This document shows positions 12,448 to 25,609 of a DNA stretch of 64,000 nucleotides, piece after piece. The stretch is from Lama guanicoe (taxonomy: Eukaryota). The first letter of the stretch is position 1, and every line of letters begins with the position of its first letter. Under the pieces are notes generated by a model. The model searched no databases. It had not been told where the DNA came from and saw only the letters and a program-made list of their open reading frames with translations. Made by a program: the position numbers and the translations under genes. The stretch lies in contig MU053934.1 of NCBI GenBank assembly GCA_013239625.1, positions 8,453,352 to 8,517,351 of the forward strand, read 5' to 3'.

Positions 12448-12788
12448 CAGCACCCTTCACGTGCCCTGGCTCAGCGGGAACCCAGGGCCCCGAAACCCTG
12501 AAGAGCGAGCAGTTGGCCTGGACAACCAGGAAGTGTCAGCACGATTCTGGGCCGTCCAGGTCCTCAGTGTGATGGGGACAAGCGCAGGCAACGTGTGTTA
12601 AACGGCTGCATCCCCGTGTCTCGTCCTCAGTAATATGTCGGGTATCTGCGTGCAGGACCGTCCTTGCCTTATCCGTGCAGTCCTCTCCACACCCTGGAAG
12701 GAAAGGGGGAACCGAACGGGGCCCTCCCTGGGCCTGGTTCTTCACCTGTAAAAGGGGCATCTGGACCGTCCCCTGTCTTCCCCTGTCC

Positions 12789-12807
12789 CCCCATCAGGGG
12801 GCGCTGT
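12789..12807 (+). promoter_or_regulatory. CTCF-like motif
   Basis: CCCCATCAGGGGGCGCTGT, one core mismatch. Confidence 0.45.
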
Positions 12808-12884
12808 GCACACGCAGAGGGCAGGGGTTGAAGGCTTACTGGGAGTGTGCTGTACGCAGCCTCCTTAGGGAACACGGGTGGGAG

Positions 12885-13139
12885 CAGGCGGCTTCTGGGT
12901 GTGCAGCCTGGGAGGTCACGCAGGGCCCCATGCTCAGAAGGGCCAGAGCCTGGTTTCNNNNNNNNNNNNNNNNNNNNNNNNNNNNNNNNNNNNNNNNNNN
13001 NNNNNNNNNNNNNNNNNNNNNTCACGCAGGGTGCTCACAAGGGCCAGAGCCTGGTTTCTGCTCTTCTGTCACCATCTTTATATTTAGCCATTTTTCAACA
13101 AGGGCCCCTCATATTCACATGGCATCACGTCCGGCCCTG
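12885..13139 (+). mobile_element. MER91A-like hAT DNA transposon (MITE) interrupted by a gap
   Basis: GCAGGGCCCCATGCTCAGAAGGGCC...TGGTTTCTGCTCTTCTGTCACCATCTT...AACAAGGGCCCC...CCGGCCCTG. Confidence 0.65.
12958..13021. other. Assembly gap
   Basis: Run of N. Confidence 1.
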
Positions 13140-15299
13140 AGCATAGGAACCACCATTTGGAGCCTTGACCTGGTGGATGCCACCCTGACCCCAGGCTGCC
13201 CGGTGAGCTGGGGCTGCCCCACGCCTCCCATGCTCCCCTGCAGGAGCGCTGTCCCCTCTGGATCCCCTCCATGGGACTGTGTCCAAGCGCCTGGGAAGCC
13301 TTCCCAGACCACAGGGCTGGCAAGACGTCTCCTCTAGGCTCCCTCACCCTGGGCCTCCCTGGGGGATGCTGCGAGGGTGCAGGTGGGTGCCCAACTCCGC
13401 CCCTAAAGGGCCAAAACCTGGGCTTTCGTCTTCCAGACCTGTCCTGGATGGTGCCCGCCCAGGCCCCCCGGTCCTGAGAAGCACCCGGGATGGGCGGGCA
13501 GCTCAAGATGAGATCCGTGGGGCTCTGCTGCCACCTCACGGCCAATGAAGGGAAGACAGCACACCCACCAGGGAGGTGGAAGGTGGGTGGGGCCCAGCAA
13601 CGCAGGTGGGGACCAGCACAGCAGGTGGGGAGGGTGGCCAATGCAGGAGTGCAAGTTTCAGGAAGATCTCAAATTCCCCTTCCCTGCACCGTTCTCCAGT
13701 AACTGCTCTGTCTGCTCACCCTGTAGACAAAGGACCGAGGGGCAGTGAGCGTGGCCATGCAGCTGGTGAGTGGCAGGGACCTCCAGGACCCCCCAGGTAG
13801 GGGTTCAAAAGCCAAGCCCCAAGCCCTCCATGGAGAGGTGACAGAGGCTGCTCAGAGGACAATTGGGGTTGCGCCCCAGCAGCTCCATCAGGTCCTTCCT
13901 CCAAGCGGGTGGTCCTCACCCTCTGTCCAGGGCTTCCAACACAACTTCCAATCCTCTTCCCCACCAGGAGCCCCTCCTGGGAAGACAGGCAGGAGCCGCC
14001 ATGGGCAGACACCCTAACTCTGCCCTCGGGGATGCCCGCAGGTGCCCAGAGATGGGGGGATCTTTAGACGTGGAAACAGACCTCTAACTCCATTTGTTCA
14101 GTGCACCGGTGGTGAATGACGTTGGGGGGGCTGGAGGGGGGTGCTGGAGGGCTTAAAAGGAAGCATTTTGCCCCCAGACCCAGATTCAAATCCCAACCTG
14201 GCCACCTTCATGCCCTGTGACTGACTCCATCCACCTGCCTGAGGCCCTGTGCCCACATCTGTAAGAGGTAGAGGTCCTACCTCTTAGGCCGACCTCGAGG
14301 ATTCAACAAGGAAATATTTACAGAGCACTTGGCCGAGGCTCAGTGTCCAAGTCAAGCCCCCAGACCCCACCAAGGGTCTACCACACATCTGGCTCCACAG
14401 TGGTCTGTTGGGGGTGAGTGTCAGGGAGAGGTGACCACGGCATCCTCTCTGCTGCCCCAGTGACACTCAGATTAATGCACCACAAGGCAGCGGTGTCGAT
14501 GGGGTGCCAGGGAACACCTGAGTCCAGCATCCACGTTCCACATGTCCATCTGCTTGGATGCCGCTAAGCCTTGGTGGCCCCTGGGAGCCACCTCCTGAAC
14601 CCCTCCCTGGTCTGCCTCCTCCTCACCTTCCAGAGCCCCCCCACATTCAGGCCATCTCCATTTCTGACCTGAATTTTAGACCATAAATCAGCGTCTGTGC
14701 TCCCTGCTTAAACACCCTGTGGTCACTTCCCCTGTCCTGGGGTAGAACGGAAACTCCTCTCTGGGCTCCGAAGCCCTGGGCCATTTCTCTCTCTCACCCC
14801 ATCTGGGTCCTCAACTCCAGACCCTCTGAGCTGAGCGGGTCCCTCTCCAGGCCTTTGCACAAGCTGTTCCTCCCCCAGAGCAGTCTTCTCCCCTTGCCCC
14901 TGGTGCCCCGTTACCTTCATCTGGCCTCGGAGTCTCTGCGACCCCCGCCCTGCCTCCCTCAACACTGCTGGCCAGTCCCCCAGGGCAGAGCCGCCAGCTT
15001 CCGAGGGAGAGGGGTCCCGCTGGCATTTGCCCAGTGGTGATGCCCGGGTAGCACCCCTCACCCACCCTCTTCCAGCCATCCTCAAGGGCAGCCCCACTTG
15101 TGACCCTGTGCTGGGCTCCCCAGTCCTGCTGAGGGTTTTAGGGTCCACGCAGGAGGCCTGGCTCTGCGTCTGTCCCCTTGTCACCCCGTGTACCTTTGCT
15201 GAGTGACCCAGGGCCATGGAGACAAATTCTTCTCTCTTCCAGGGCCTCATGGAGGAGAAAAGTCTCCTACCTGACAAACTGTATTGAAAGGCAGACCAT

Positions 15300-15695
15300 C
15301 CAGAGGCAACCGAGACATCTCTCAGCAGGTGGATGGATAAATAAACTGTGCTCCATCCAGACAATGGACCGTTACTCAGTAATAAAAAGAAATGAGCCAT
15401 CAAGCCATGAAAAGACATAGAGGAGCCTTAAATACATATTCCCAGATGAGAGAAGCCAGGCTGGATGATTCCAACTATGACATTCTGGAAAAGACAAAAC
15501 TGTGGAGACAATAAAAGAGCAGTGGTGGCCAGGGGTTGGGGGGAGGGAGGGGTGAACAGGTGGAGCGCAGACGATTTTTAGGGCAGTGAAACTGCTCTGT
15601 GTGATACTGTCATGGCAGGTGCATGTCATTATGTTTTTGCCCAAACCCACAGAATGTCCAACACCAAGAGTGAACCCTGATGGCAACTGTAAGCT
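15300..15695 (+). mobile_element. L1MC-like 3' fragment
   Basis: GGATAAATAAACTGTG...AAAAAGAAATGAGCCATCAAGCCATGAAAAGACAT...CCAAGAGTGAACCCTGATG. Confidence 0.8.
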
Positions 15696-16124
15696 CATCG
15701 GCCCTGGTGGGGCAGCAACAGAGGCAGAGTTGAATCCAGATGTCCCAGCACCCAGTCAACCCCTCCCTGCACCTCCTCCCCCACCAACAGCCAGAGCTGA
15801 GAAGGGAAGGGGGGCAGGGCTCGGGAGTGGGGGCTGAGTCTGCGGGAGAGGTGACCCCCCTCCCTCCCTCCTTTCACAGCTAACCGGCCTCAAGCCCTGA
15901 CTCCTCTGTAGCCCCACCACCACCATGTTTTCTTGTCCCTCGGTCCCTTGGCCAGCCCCAGTCCCTGTCTCCTCTCCTTACATCTCCTTGGACCTAACCC
16001 ACACCCTCCAATTCCTTTTCCACACTGAGATCAGCCTTCACAAAACCCAAGTCTGCCCTGTCGCTCACCTGCTCAAACCATGCCCCCCAACCCATGGCTT
16101 CCCATCACCCTCCAGTTCCCAGCT

Positions 16125-17690
16125 GCCTGTTTGCAGAATTTGATGCCAAAATTCATATGAAAAAGCAAGGGACCCTGAAAAGCCAAATAATCTTGAAAAA
16201 GCAGAATAAAGTCAGAGGATTCCTACTTCCCAATCTCAAAACTCACCTCAAAGCTGCAGGGGTATGGCCAGCGTGGCGCTGGTGTAAGGAGTGGCACACA
16301 GGTCCGCGGAACAGCGTGAGGCACATTCACGGCCAAAGTGACATTCAACAAGAGGCCACGACAGTCAGCGAAGAAAGAGCAGGCTTTCCTTCCAGGTTTT
16401 TTTTTAACTGAAGTGTACTCAGTTATGATGTTGTGTCAGTGTCTCGTGTACAGCATCATGTTTCAGCCATACTGTACGTAAGTACGTTCCTTTTCAAATT
16501 CTTTTAAGAACAGTCTTTTCAGCAAATGGTGCTGGGACAACTGGGCAACGGGACATACACATGCAAAAAAAAGAAGTTGGATGCCCGTCTCACAGCACAT
16601 ACAAAAATTAACTTAAAATGGGTCACAGACCTAAATGTAAGAGCTGCAACTATAAAACTCTCAGAAAAAAAGAGGTACAGATCTTCATGACCCTGGGTCA
16701 GGCAATAGTTTCTTAGATACGACACCAAAAGCATAAGCAACCAAAAAAAAAAATAGAGACACTGGACTTCCTCAAGATTAAAACCTGTTGTGATTCAAAG
16801 GATGTAAAGAATTGCTGTATGTCAACAATTAAAGAAAACAAATAAGCCAATTTAAAATTGATCAAAGGATTTGAAGAGACGCTTCTCCGAAGAACCTGTC
16901 CCGGGGGCTGATGAGCCCACGAAAAGGCGCTCAGCATCATTAGTCATCAGGGAAACGCCAGTCAGACCCATGGCGAGGTACCACTTCACACCCACCAGAA
17001 CGGCTCTACTGAAAAGGAAAAGAAAGAAAACAGAAGGTAGCAGGTGTTGGCAAGGACGTGGAGAAATTAGAACCCAAATAATTGTTGGCAGGAAGTAAAA
17101 TGGTACAGTCGTTTTGAAAAACAGCCCAAGAGTTTCTCAAAAAGTCCAACATAGAACTATAGCATGAGCAAGCAATTCCACCCCTAAGGCTACACCCGGG
17201 AGAGAGGAAACTTATGCCTACACAAAAATTTGTAGCAGCATTAGTCACAGCAGCCAAAAAGTAGAAACCATTCAAATGTCCATCCACGGATGGGTGGATA
17301 AGCAAAATGTGGCCTGTCCCTCCAGAGGACTATTACTCAACCACAAAAAGGAACGAAATACTAACACGGGCTACGTGATGGGGGCGAACCCGGAAAACAT
17401 GACGCGAAGTGAAAGAAACCAGAAACACAAGGCCACGTGTTACGTTTCTGTTTATGCAAAATGTCCAGAACAGGCAGATCCAGGGAGACAGAAAGCAGAC
17501 TGGTGGCCGCCAGGGCGCGGGGGAGGCGAGAGTGGGCAGCAACCCTAAGGGTCACAGAGGTTCTTCTGGGGGGATGAAGATGTTCTAGGATTAGTGCTGA
17601 GGGCTGCACAACCTTGCGAATGTTCTAAAATAAACCACACTGTACACTTTAAGAGGGTGAATTTTGTTGTATGTGAATTGATCTACGTTT
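16125..17690 (+). mobile_element. Decayed L1 (L1MB-like): ORF2 C-terminal region plus 3' UTR
   Basis: AAAATTCATATG...AGCCAAATAATCTTGAAAAAG...CAAATGGTGCTGGGACAACTGG...GACCTAAATGTAAGAGCT...CCACTTCACACCCACCAG; many stops and frameshifts. Confidence 0.85.
16397..16505 (-). mobile_element. Short younger L1 3' end inserted antisense into the older L1
   Basis: Poly-T then AACTGAAGTGTACTCAGTT...GTTGTGTCAGTGTCTCGTGTACAGCATCATG, the reverse-complement counterpart of the tail of the 20143-20512 element. Confidence 0.65.
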
Positions 17691-17994
17691 TTTCACTGGT
17701 CCTCCAGACTCCTTAGCCAGCGTTTGGGACCTCCCATGGCAGCCCCTACAGCCTCTCTTGCCTCATCTCCCACTTGAATCCCCCAGTCACAACCTCCACC
17801 ACCCTAGACAGTCCAGGAAGTCACACCCCAGCCCCACCGGGCACCTTCCATCACAGCGCTCTTCACTTGGCATTCAGGTGGTCCCTGTCTGCCTCCATTC
17901 CCCCAGCCCAATGTGAGTTCCCCAAGGTCAGGGACCAGAAGACACCACTGTGTCCATAACACTCAGCAGGGGCTCCAGAGAGCAGGCATCAGAC

Positions 17995-18205
17995 AAGGAG
18001 CAGTGATGGGTGGACAGATGAATGGAGGGATGGATGAATGTGTGAATGGATGGGTGGATGGATGGATGGACAGATGGATGGATTGAAGGATAGATAGATG
18101 AATGGATGGGTGAACTATGGATTGATAGATGGATAGCTGACTGGACAGATGGATGGATGGATAAGTGGATGGGTGGTGGATGAGTATGTGGATGGATGAA
18201 TGGGT
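17995..18205. repeat. Degenerate (GGAT)n microsatellite
   Basis: GGATGGATGGAT... imperfect array. Confidence 0.9.
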
Positions 18206-18629
18206 TTTCAGGAGCCCAGAAAGTCCATGCAGTGACCCTATTTGGGGACAAGGAATTAGCCACCATTCACTCCTGGAACCTCTCTCTCCCGTTCCAGTGG
18301 CTCCAGGCTGGACAAGGGTGGTGGGAAAGGTTACCCAGGCCAAATGAGTTACATTAAGGAGGGTAAGAGTCAGAGCCAGCCTGCCCTGGATTTCAAAGCC
18401 AAACCTCCCTTTCCCAGAGCACAAGCAGCGAGAGCAGGACCCACAGGAGCACCTTCAGAGCAGACCGGCCAGCCCTGCTCTAAGCCAAGCGGAGCCAAGT
18501 TCCCCAGCATGGGGAGGGCCTCACTGCTGAGCCAGGGGCAGGCGGGGACTCAGAGAGTCACAAACAGGAGAGAAGACAAACAGACCCCCAACTGGACCCT
18601 AGCTGTCTAGAGCCTCACAGATACACACA

Positions 18630-18690
18630 CACCATCACCATCACCATCACCATCACTGTCTCCATCACCATCACCGTCACCATCACCATC
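18630..18690. repeat. (CACCAT)n hexamer repeat
   Basis: CACCATCACCATCACCAT... imperfect array. Confidence 0.9.
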
Positions 18691-18751
18691 CAGCCAAAGG
18701 AAGCTCTGGCCGGCTCGGACCACAGTCACCCCAGCCCTTCTCTATGAGTAA

Positions 18752-19545
18752 ATGTGAGATAATAGAAAATAGATTTCCGTCTCTGCCTTCAGTTCCTGGC
18801 ACAGGGCTCCTGAAACACTTGTAAACTCCTGAGTGGTAAGACATTAGCGGGGAGGGGACAGCTCAGTGGCAGAACACAGGCTTCATATGCAACAGGTCCT
18901 GGGTTCAGTCCCCAGTACCTCCATTTTTTAAAAAATGTAGAAGACAGTAGAAGTATCTCTCATTCTGGTTGGGCTCCTGAATGGGGAGTGGTCACCAGAA
19001 AGACCAAGCCACAAATAGACACTTGGAATTTCAGGCCCACTCCTCACTCTCCAGAGAGGGAAGAGAGGCTGGAAATGGAGTTAAATGGAGTTAGGAACTG
19101 CTGACGCCTAACTGGGAAAGCCGTCATTAAACCCCTGTGGAGAGTCTCCCAGTGGGTGAACACACCCGCACATCCGGAGGGCGATGCGCCCTGCTCCCCT
19201 GGGACAAGACCTTGTGCTCGGCATCTCTGCATCAGGCTGTTCGTTTGTACCCTTTATCTTTAGTAAACCAGTCAGCGTGTTTTCCTGAGTTCTGTGAGCT
19301 CTCCTAGCGAATAATGGAATCCAAGGGGCAGGAGGTCGTGGCAACTTCCGAGTCACAGGTCCGTAGCCACGTCAGACACAGATTGTGGGGAACCTGGGGA
19401 CCTACCGCTTGTGATTGGCATCTGAAGTGGGGAGGGGGCGGTCTTGTGGGACTGAGCCCTCAACCTGTGGGGTCCGACGCCACCTCCAGGTAGCTAGTGT
19501 CAGAAATGAGTTAAATTGCAGGGCACCTAGGTGGTGTCACAGAAT
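18752..19545 (+). mobile_element. MER21-like ERVL solo LTR
   Basis: TGTGAGATAATAG...CAGTTCCTGGCACAG...GGTCACCAGAAAGACCAAG...TTGGCATCTGAAGTGGGG...CTTGTGGGACTGAGCCCTCAACCTGTGGG...CTCCAGGTAGCTAGTGTCAGAA. Confidence 0.75.
18848..18940 (+). mobile_element. Short tRNA-Ala-derived SINE (Vic-1 type) nested in a MER21-like LTR
   Basis: GGGGAGGGGACAGCTCAGTGGCAGA...GGTCCTGGGTTCAGTCCCCAGTACCTCCA, flanked by a near-perfect TSD AAGACATTAG (18838) / AAGACAGTAG (18941). Confidence 0.8.
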
Positions 19546-20142
19546 TTCACCCCCACTCACTCATCTACAAAACCCAAGGACCCCTCAGAGGCAGCCCTGC
19601 AGGCATCACGGTCCCTGGGTGCATCCTTGTCCACCCATCCAGGGTAGCAAAGCTCGATTTCAGTATTTCCAGGGCTCATCCTGCTGACCTTTCGTGAGCA
19701 CCTACTGTGTGCCCGGCATCACGCCCCACACTGAAGGGCCAACAAGTAACAAACCCGTGCTATGGGTTCCCTGGTGGTCCAGGCAACAAGCCCGTCACAG
19801 AACAGCTTTGTTACACTAAAGTCGCTTCCTTCTCACCGCCTGAAAGGCAGCTGATGCCGCCCTGGGGATGGTAAGGGCTTCCTATGGCAGATGCTTTTTC
19901 ATCTGAAGCCCAAAAGGGGAAAGTAGGCACCCAGCTAAGGGGAGTCGGGGAGCGTGGAAGCAGGCTGTCCCCAGAGGGAACAGCATGTGCCAGCAACCTG
20001 CCAGGCATGAGAAAAGGGAGCACCGTGGCTGAGGCTAAGGCTCCATCAAGCTGGGGTAACTCTAAGCATCTGAAACAAGACGAGGGCCAGGAGGCTCCCG
20101 CTGTAAAGGCTGACTTTGTAAGGATCCGTGCTTTCTTCATTT

Positions 20143-20512
20143 AAAAAAAAAATACCGTATGATGTCACTCATATGGGAAATCAAAATAAAAAAAGACACA
20201 AATGAACTTATTTACAAAACAGAAACAGACTCACAGACATGGAAAACAAACTTATGGTTACCAGCAGGGAAAGGGGGTAGGAAGGGATAAACTGGGAGTT
20301 CGAGATTTGCAGATACTAACTACTATATATAAAAGAGATAAACCACAAGTTTCTTCTGTACAGCCCAGGGAAGTATATTCAATATCTCGTAGTAATCTAT
20401 AATGAAAAAGAATATGAAAACGAATATATGTCTGTATACGGATGACTAAAGCATTATGCTGCACATCAGAGATTGACACAGCATTGTAAAATGACTGTAC
20501 TTCAATTAAAAA
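20143..20512 (+). mobile_element. Relatively young cetartiodactyl-type L1 3' end (5'-truncated)
   Basis: GACACAAATGAACTTATTTACAAAACAGAAACAGACTCACAGACAT...CTTATGGTTACC...TATAATGAAAAAGAATATGAAAA...CTTCAATTAAAA. Confidence 0.85.
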
Positions 20513-23500
20513 TCTTTTTAACTAAAGAAGAGAGATTCCACAGGACCAGGGTTTAAAAGCAAAATACACACAGCTGTTACAGTTTAACTATTTGCCATCT
20601 GTTCACCTCTCCCACTCAGATCTCTTAAGTTTCCTTCAGCAGCAGAATCTGTGAAATGGGCTAACAGAGAGGCTGAGCCGATTTGAACTGAGCAAACCCA
20701 GAGGGCAGCCCAGAAGGGGCCCAGACCAGGGAGCAGGATATTTGGGGAGGAGAAGTCTTGGGGCCCTGAGACAGCAGCAGATCCTAAGCACATGAGCAGC
20801 GGGCGGATAATGTTTAGATGTTTAGCCATGGGTGTGATTGTCCATCCGCATTATGGTGCTTCAGCAAGACACTGCATAGACTTAACTTGCTTCTCAGTTA
20901 CTTTGGATGTGATGCAAGACAGGTGGTTCTTTTAATCTGCGGTGTGGCCGCTCTCGGCCCCCGGAGTAACCATGCTGGCGTGCTCTCCCACTCATAAAAT
21001 GATACACATGTATTATCAGATGTTGGAAGCATGCTAATTTGGAAAACCAGTAAGAACAGAAACCTTCCATATTGTCAGGCGCCAACGGTCACTGCTGACA
21101 GCAGCCGAATGTGTTGCTTTTGGGTCTTTCCTTAATTTCTGCATGTCATGTCATTTTGATGCTATCCCACATGATATTTTGAATTTTAGTGGTTTTTAAT
21201 TTAGTATGACTGCGTAAGCATTTTCTCGTGTCTTTAGATACGGGAAACCTAATTCTAATGGGTGCATCACATTCCAGAAGAAGGATGTATCGTCACCCCG
21301 TGATTCATTTTTAATGGACGTTTACAAGGTGTCTCTGGCCTTTCAGCAAAGATGATGCTCTGACCAACAGCGTGAAGGTTTTCCTAAGGTTCGGAATGCT
21401 TCCTTAGCACGGCTTTCCTGACGTGGAACTGCTGAGTCAGCTCACTTCCTGAAATATCCAGCCAGAGTGGCCTCCAGCAAGTTTGTAGCCATTTACTTCC
21501 CCCCAGAGGTACCAGCTTCCCCTGCCAGTGTGCCTCATACACCCACGCGCTATGACCTGGGCTGCTGCTGACTTGAAACTGGAAGGGAGTTCCCCTCGCC
21601 TGGGAGGTGACCCCTCCGACTGCCCACAAGGATGACAATGTGAATCTCAGTCGATGCTCCTGCCCCTCCAGGCATGTCTCCTCCACGCCTGGCTGGGGGG
21701 GTGGCTGGGGAGCTGCCAAGGGGACCATTGCTTGCTTTGAGAAGCCCACAGACTCAGCTCTATGGCTTTGGCCAGTGGCTTCCTAACCTGTTAATGAGGA
21801 CACTGGGAGGGTCACAAGAGAACATGAGGACGAACAGGCACTGACCAGCCACTGCACTGTCACCTCTCACAGCCGGTCCCCTCTCTGGCCCGCTTGGTGG
21901 GAGGGACGCACTGTTCCCTGGTCCAAAGCCACTCCTGCCACTTCCCAGAACAGCAGCAGATCAAACGCACTGGGTTCCTGGACTTCATTAGTGACTTATT
22001 TACTTCTCTTTGCCAGGCAGAAGTTTCCATTTAACTAGAGAAGCCTTTTTTAAATTACATGTCCCTTCCACCAGCCACGCGGCTCGGATGCTGAGGAGAG
22101 ACGGGCTTTGTCAGGATCCATGTGTCTCAGGACAACTTCCTATTTCAGGGCGCGGGGCCCCCATTGAGGGGTGCCTGGGTCCACTTCCAGATGGAAGGAG
22201 GCCGGGAACCGAGCACAGCCGGCCAGCTCCAGGGGCCCGAGAGCTCCCACTGGCCCAGCGGGAGAGCCGGGGGCCCGGTTCGGGGAGGCCCCGGTCGCTC
22301 ATCTGCTCACTCATTGGCCCCATGTCCCTCAACCTCAGCTCTGGGGCTGGCCTGGGGCTGGGGACAGAGAAATAAATCAGACAAAACCCTCTTGCCAAGT
22401 TACGGTCAGGCTCTGGGGGAGAGATGGGCCCCCGAACATGTAATTACATTCAGACCGTTGTTGAAAATCTATTTTCTGACCACTTAACCGTGGGTCATAA
22501 ATTGTGCTGAGAGATTAACATTGTAAGAATTCTGCGAGCTGGGGACGGAATTTGTCCCAGGCCCTTGCTGGCCGAGGCAGACAGAGGTCCAGCGTGGGCC
22601 AGGGCTCGCCCAGGGTCACACCCAAGCCACCGGCAGGAACTCAGGACCTAGGTGCCAGCCCCTCTGGCTCTGCAGAGTTCTGATGGGGCCGGCAAGGAGG
22701 CCGGGATGCTTCTGCTTCCGGGCTTCCCTCAGTGTCACAGAAAAAGGGTTCCGAGCCCCTGGGGCAGGGTCACCCAGAGAAACATGTGACCCACCTGTCC
22801 TGGGTGAGCCGGGGAGGGCTGGGTTCCTGCAGGCAGCCTGGGCAGGAAGCAGCTGCAGGAAGCTGGGAGGGGGTGGGGGACGAGAGGCAGCGGTCACCTC
22901 CATGGTCCACCCTCCGCGGAAGCCAGGGCAGGACACTGCTCCAACGTGGAGCTGCAGCGGTGAGGCCGAGCCCAGCTCCAAGGCCTGACGGTCCCCGCTG
23001 GTCAGTCACTGCCTCACTCTTGACCTGCTCCAACCCAATGGCCACAATGAGGTGGCAGCTGACAGACACACAGGCTGTGAGCACCCCTCAGAAGTGGCCA
23101 GGTACGTGTGGCCAGTCCTGGAGGATGAGATGGAGATTTCTAGGCAGAGACGGGGTGAAGGATACAAAAAATGACCCCACTCCAGAAACACCAAGGCCAG
23201 CTTTTAAAGAAAACAGAGCAGGAATTAGCAGGGTTCCCTTCCTATAGACTTCCCTGTGTTCTAGATCCATCTTCCTGCCTTCATGCTCCCAGCCTCCAGC
23301 CTCCAAGAACCCAACCCTTAGGTAAACAGTCCAGCTGAGGCCACAGAAGGCGGCAAGAAGGTGGGCAAGAGAGCTCCTTCTCCAACCTGAACCCTACAAG
23401 TGACAGCTGGATGTAGTGAGCCCACCGTCTCTAGAAGCAATCAAGCTGCATCTAGACGCCCAGAGGCCAAAAGGCCCAAGAAGGAGTCTTTAAGTGTTGG

Positions 23501-25609
23501 AAAGCGTTGTAACAAGGTATCAGGAGGCCCCCTGGAGCAGCACTGTGTCCAGGGCTCAGAGACTCCCAGGTCCTCTAGATAGACCAGGGGAGCACCCCAG
23601 AGCCCCTAGAGAACCAGAAGCAGCAATAGAGGGTGAGCAACTGCCACAGACCAGGAGTTCTGATCTCATCTCAAACCATCTCAATGCTTTCAGAGCATGG
23701 ATTACTCTCCCCACGTAGATGAGGAGACCAAGGTCCAAGGAGGTAAGTACTTGCTCAAGATCACACCGCCGTCTGGGGGCAGAGCCAGGATACTGACCCA
23801 GCTCTGGCTGATCCGAAGTCTGGATTGAGCGCTCCCCTTTAGCCCTCTCTCAACTGAGAATTCTTCCTGCAGTGCCCCCTGCCTGCGACACTGGCTCTCT
23901 CTCCACCTGGCTTTGGCTCAGGCATTTCACACATCTGCTAAGACTGCCTGTGTCTTTAAGTTTTATTGTCTTCAACACACTTCGACCAAAATATTCACTC
24001 CATTTTTCCCCTCCTTCCTAAATTACATACGTTCCCTCACTGACTCAAGCCCAGCAGTGGGGGCTGGGAGTTAGCCAGCCGTTAAGTCAGGTCCCTGGAC
24101 CACAGCCCCGAGGGGAGAGGATGCTGGGCTCCAGGGAGGAGGGCTGCCGGGACTGGGCCAAGCCCGGGGCACGCAGCAGCCTCCTACAACCCCCACCCCC
24201 ATGCACAGGCTCTGTGCCCATGTTGGGGAGACTGCTACCCCATTCTACAGCTGAGAAAAGTGAGGCTTAGAGAAATCCCAGACATGGTGTCCCAGAGAAC
24301 ATTGGTCAGCCCCTCAGGTTCAGCTGCTGTCACCCCACCCCTGAGAAGCCCGCAGCTGGGACGCTCCTGGTTCCATCACCGATCCCTGCCCCCTCCTCGC
24401 GCCCGAGGCTGTGGTTCTGGACCCTCGGGGAGCAGGGATTGGCAGAGGGCCCTGTGCACAGACACCCCTCCCCCATGAGGGTCTCACCACTCCCATGTCT
24501 CCTCCAGGTGGCTGCACACTTCCCAGCACTGTCTTCTGCTGCATCGGGGCAGGGATGAGGGGTGGGGGGCAAAGAGAGGTAGATATTTCAGGCCCTGGGG
24601 GCAGGGAAGGGAGTATGGGAGGCTTGAGAACACAGCGCTTCGCTCTCATTACTTTATTTACTCCTCACGACCACCCTATGGGTGGAAGGCTCATGCATGG
24701 CCACGGTCCACATGCTCCTTGGGCTGGACACGGGCCAGGCACTCATTTCACCCCCATTTCAAAGACTAGGCAACTGAGGCTCCCTGAGGAGGGATTAGAA
24801 CCTGCAGCTTCCACTGTGAGGCCCCAGATCTTTTCACTTAGCCACGCCCCTTCCTGGCATCAGTTTTTCATCTTCTGCATTGAATGTTTGTCAAAGTATT
24901 TCACATCCAATAACCGATCTGGGACAAACTCAGCAACTATGTGGAGTCAGTAAGGAAGCGAGTGGGAGGCTTTGGGCAAGGGCTGGTGCCACAGCAGCCA
25001 TCATTCCTGCCCCTGGAGATCTTTTGCTCAAAATTCAGAACATCAGGATCCAACAGAGGCCACTAGGTCCAAATCATACACCTGGAGCTCTGGGGGTCCC
25101 AGAGGTGGAGGGAGCAGACAGGGTTCTGGGGCCCCACTTACAGGAGAACAGCTCCTCTGAGCCATGCCACAGGTAAGCCAGACACCAACTCATCCCCAGT
25201 CCTTCAGCCTCTGGGGGCTCACCTGATGCCCACGCTCACCTAGAAGCAGATTCCAGCCCCTTCTCAGTCTTGCTGCCCACCCAACCCCTCCACCTGCACA
25301 AAGTACTAGTGAGAGGGAGAGCTCGATGGAGATCAGGTGGGCGCCCAGCAGGGGCTCTGCATTGCCTGCCACTCAGCCACCGGGGGTGTCTCCTTGGGCA
25401 CCTCGTCCCCCAGCCGCCCTGGGCAGAGCCTCACCAGGGCGTCATCTTCTGCCTCTTCCTCCTCCCAGTCCTCACGTTGTTGCCTCTCACTGTTCCTTGA
25501 CTTCCACACTCTTCTCCTTCCAGATCATGCTGAGCCTTTCACTCAGCTACAGGTCCCTCCCCATGAGGAACTGGGATGGTCAGGACTCTACCTGCAAACT
25601 GCCAAGTGA

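Noticed and set aside
23866..23886. Additional CTCF-like motifs (also ~9385 and ~61965)
   Set aside because: Only the GGGGGC(A/G)C half matches; too common in GC-rich DNA to call.
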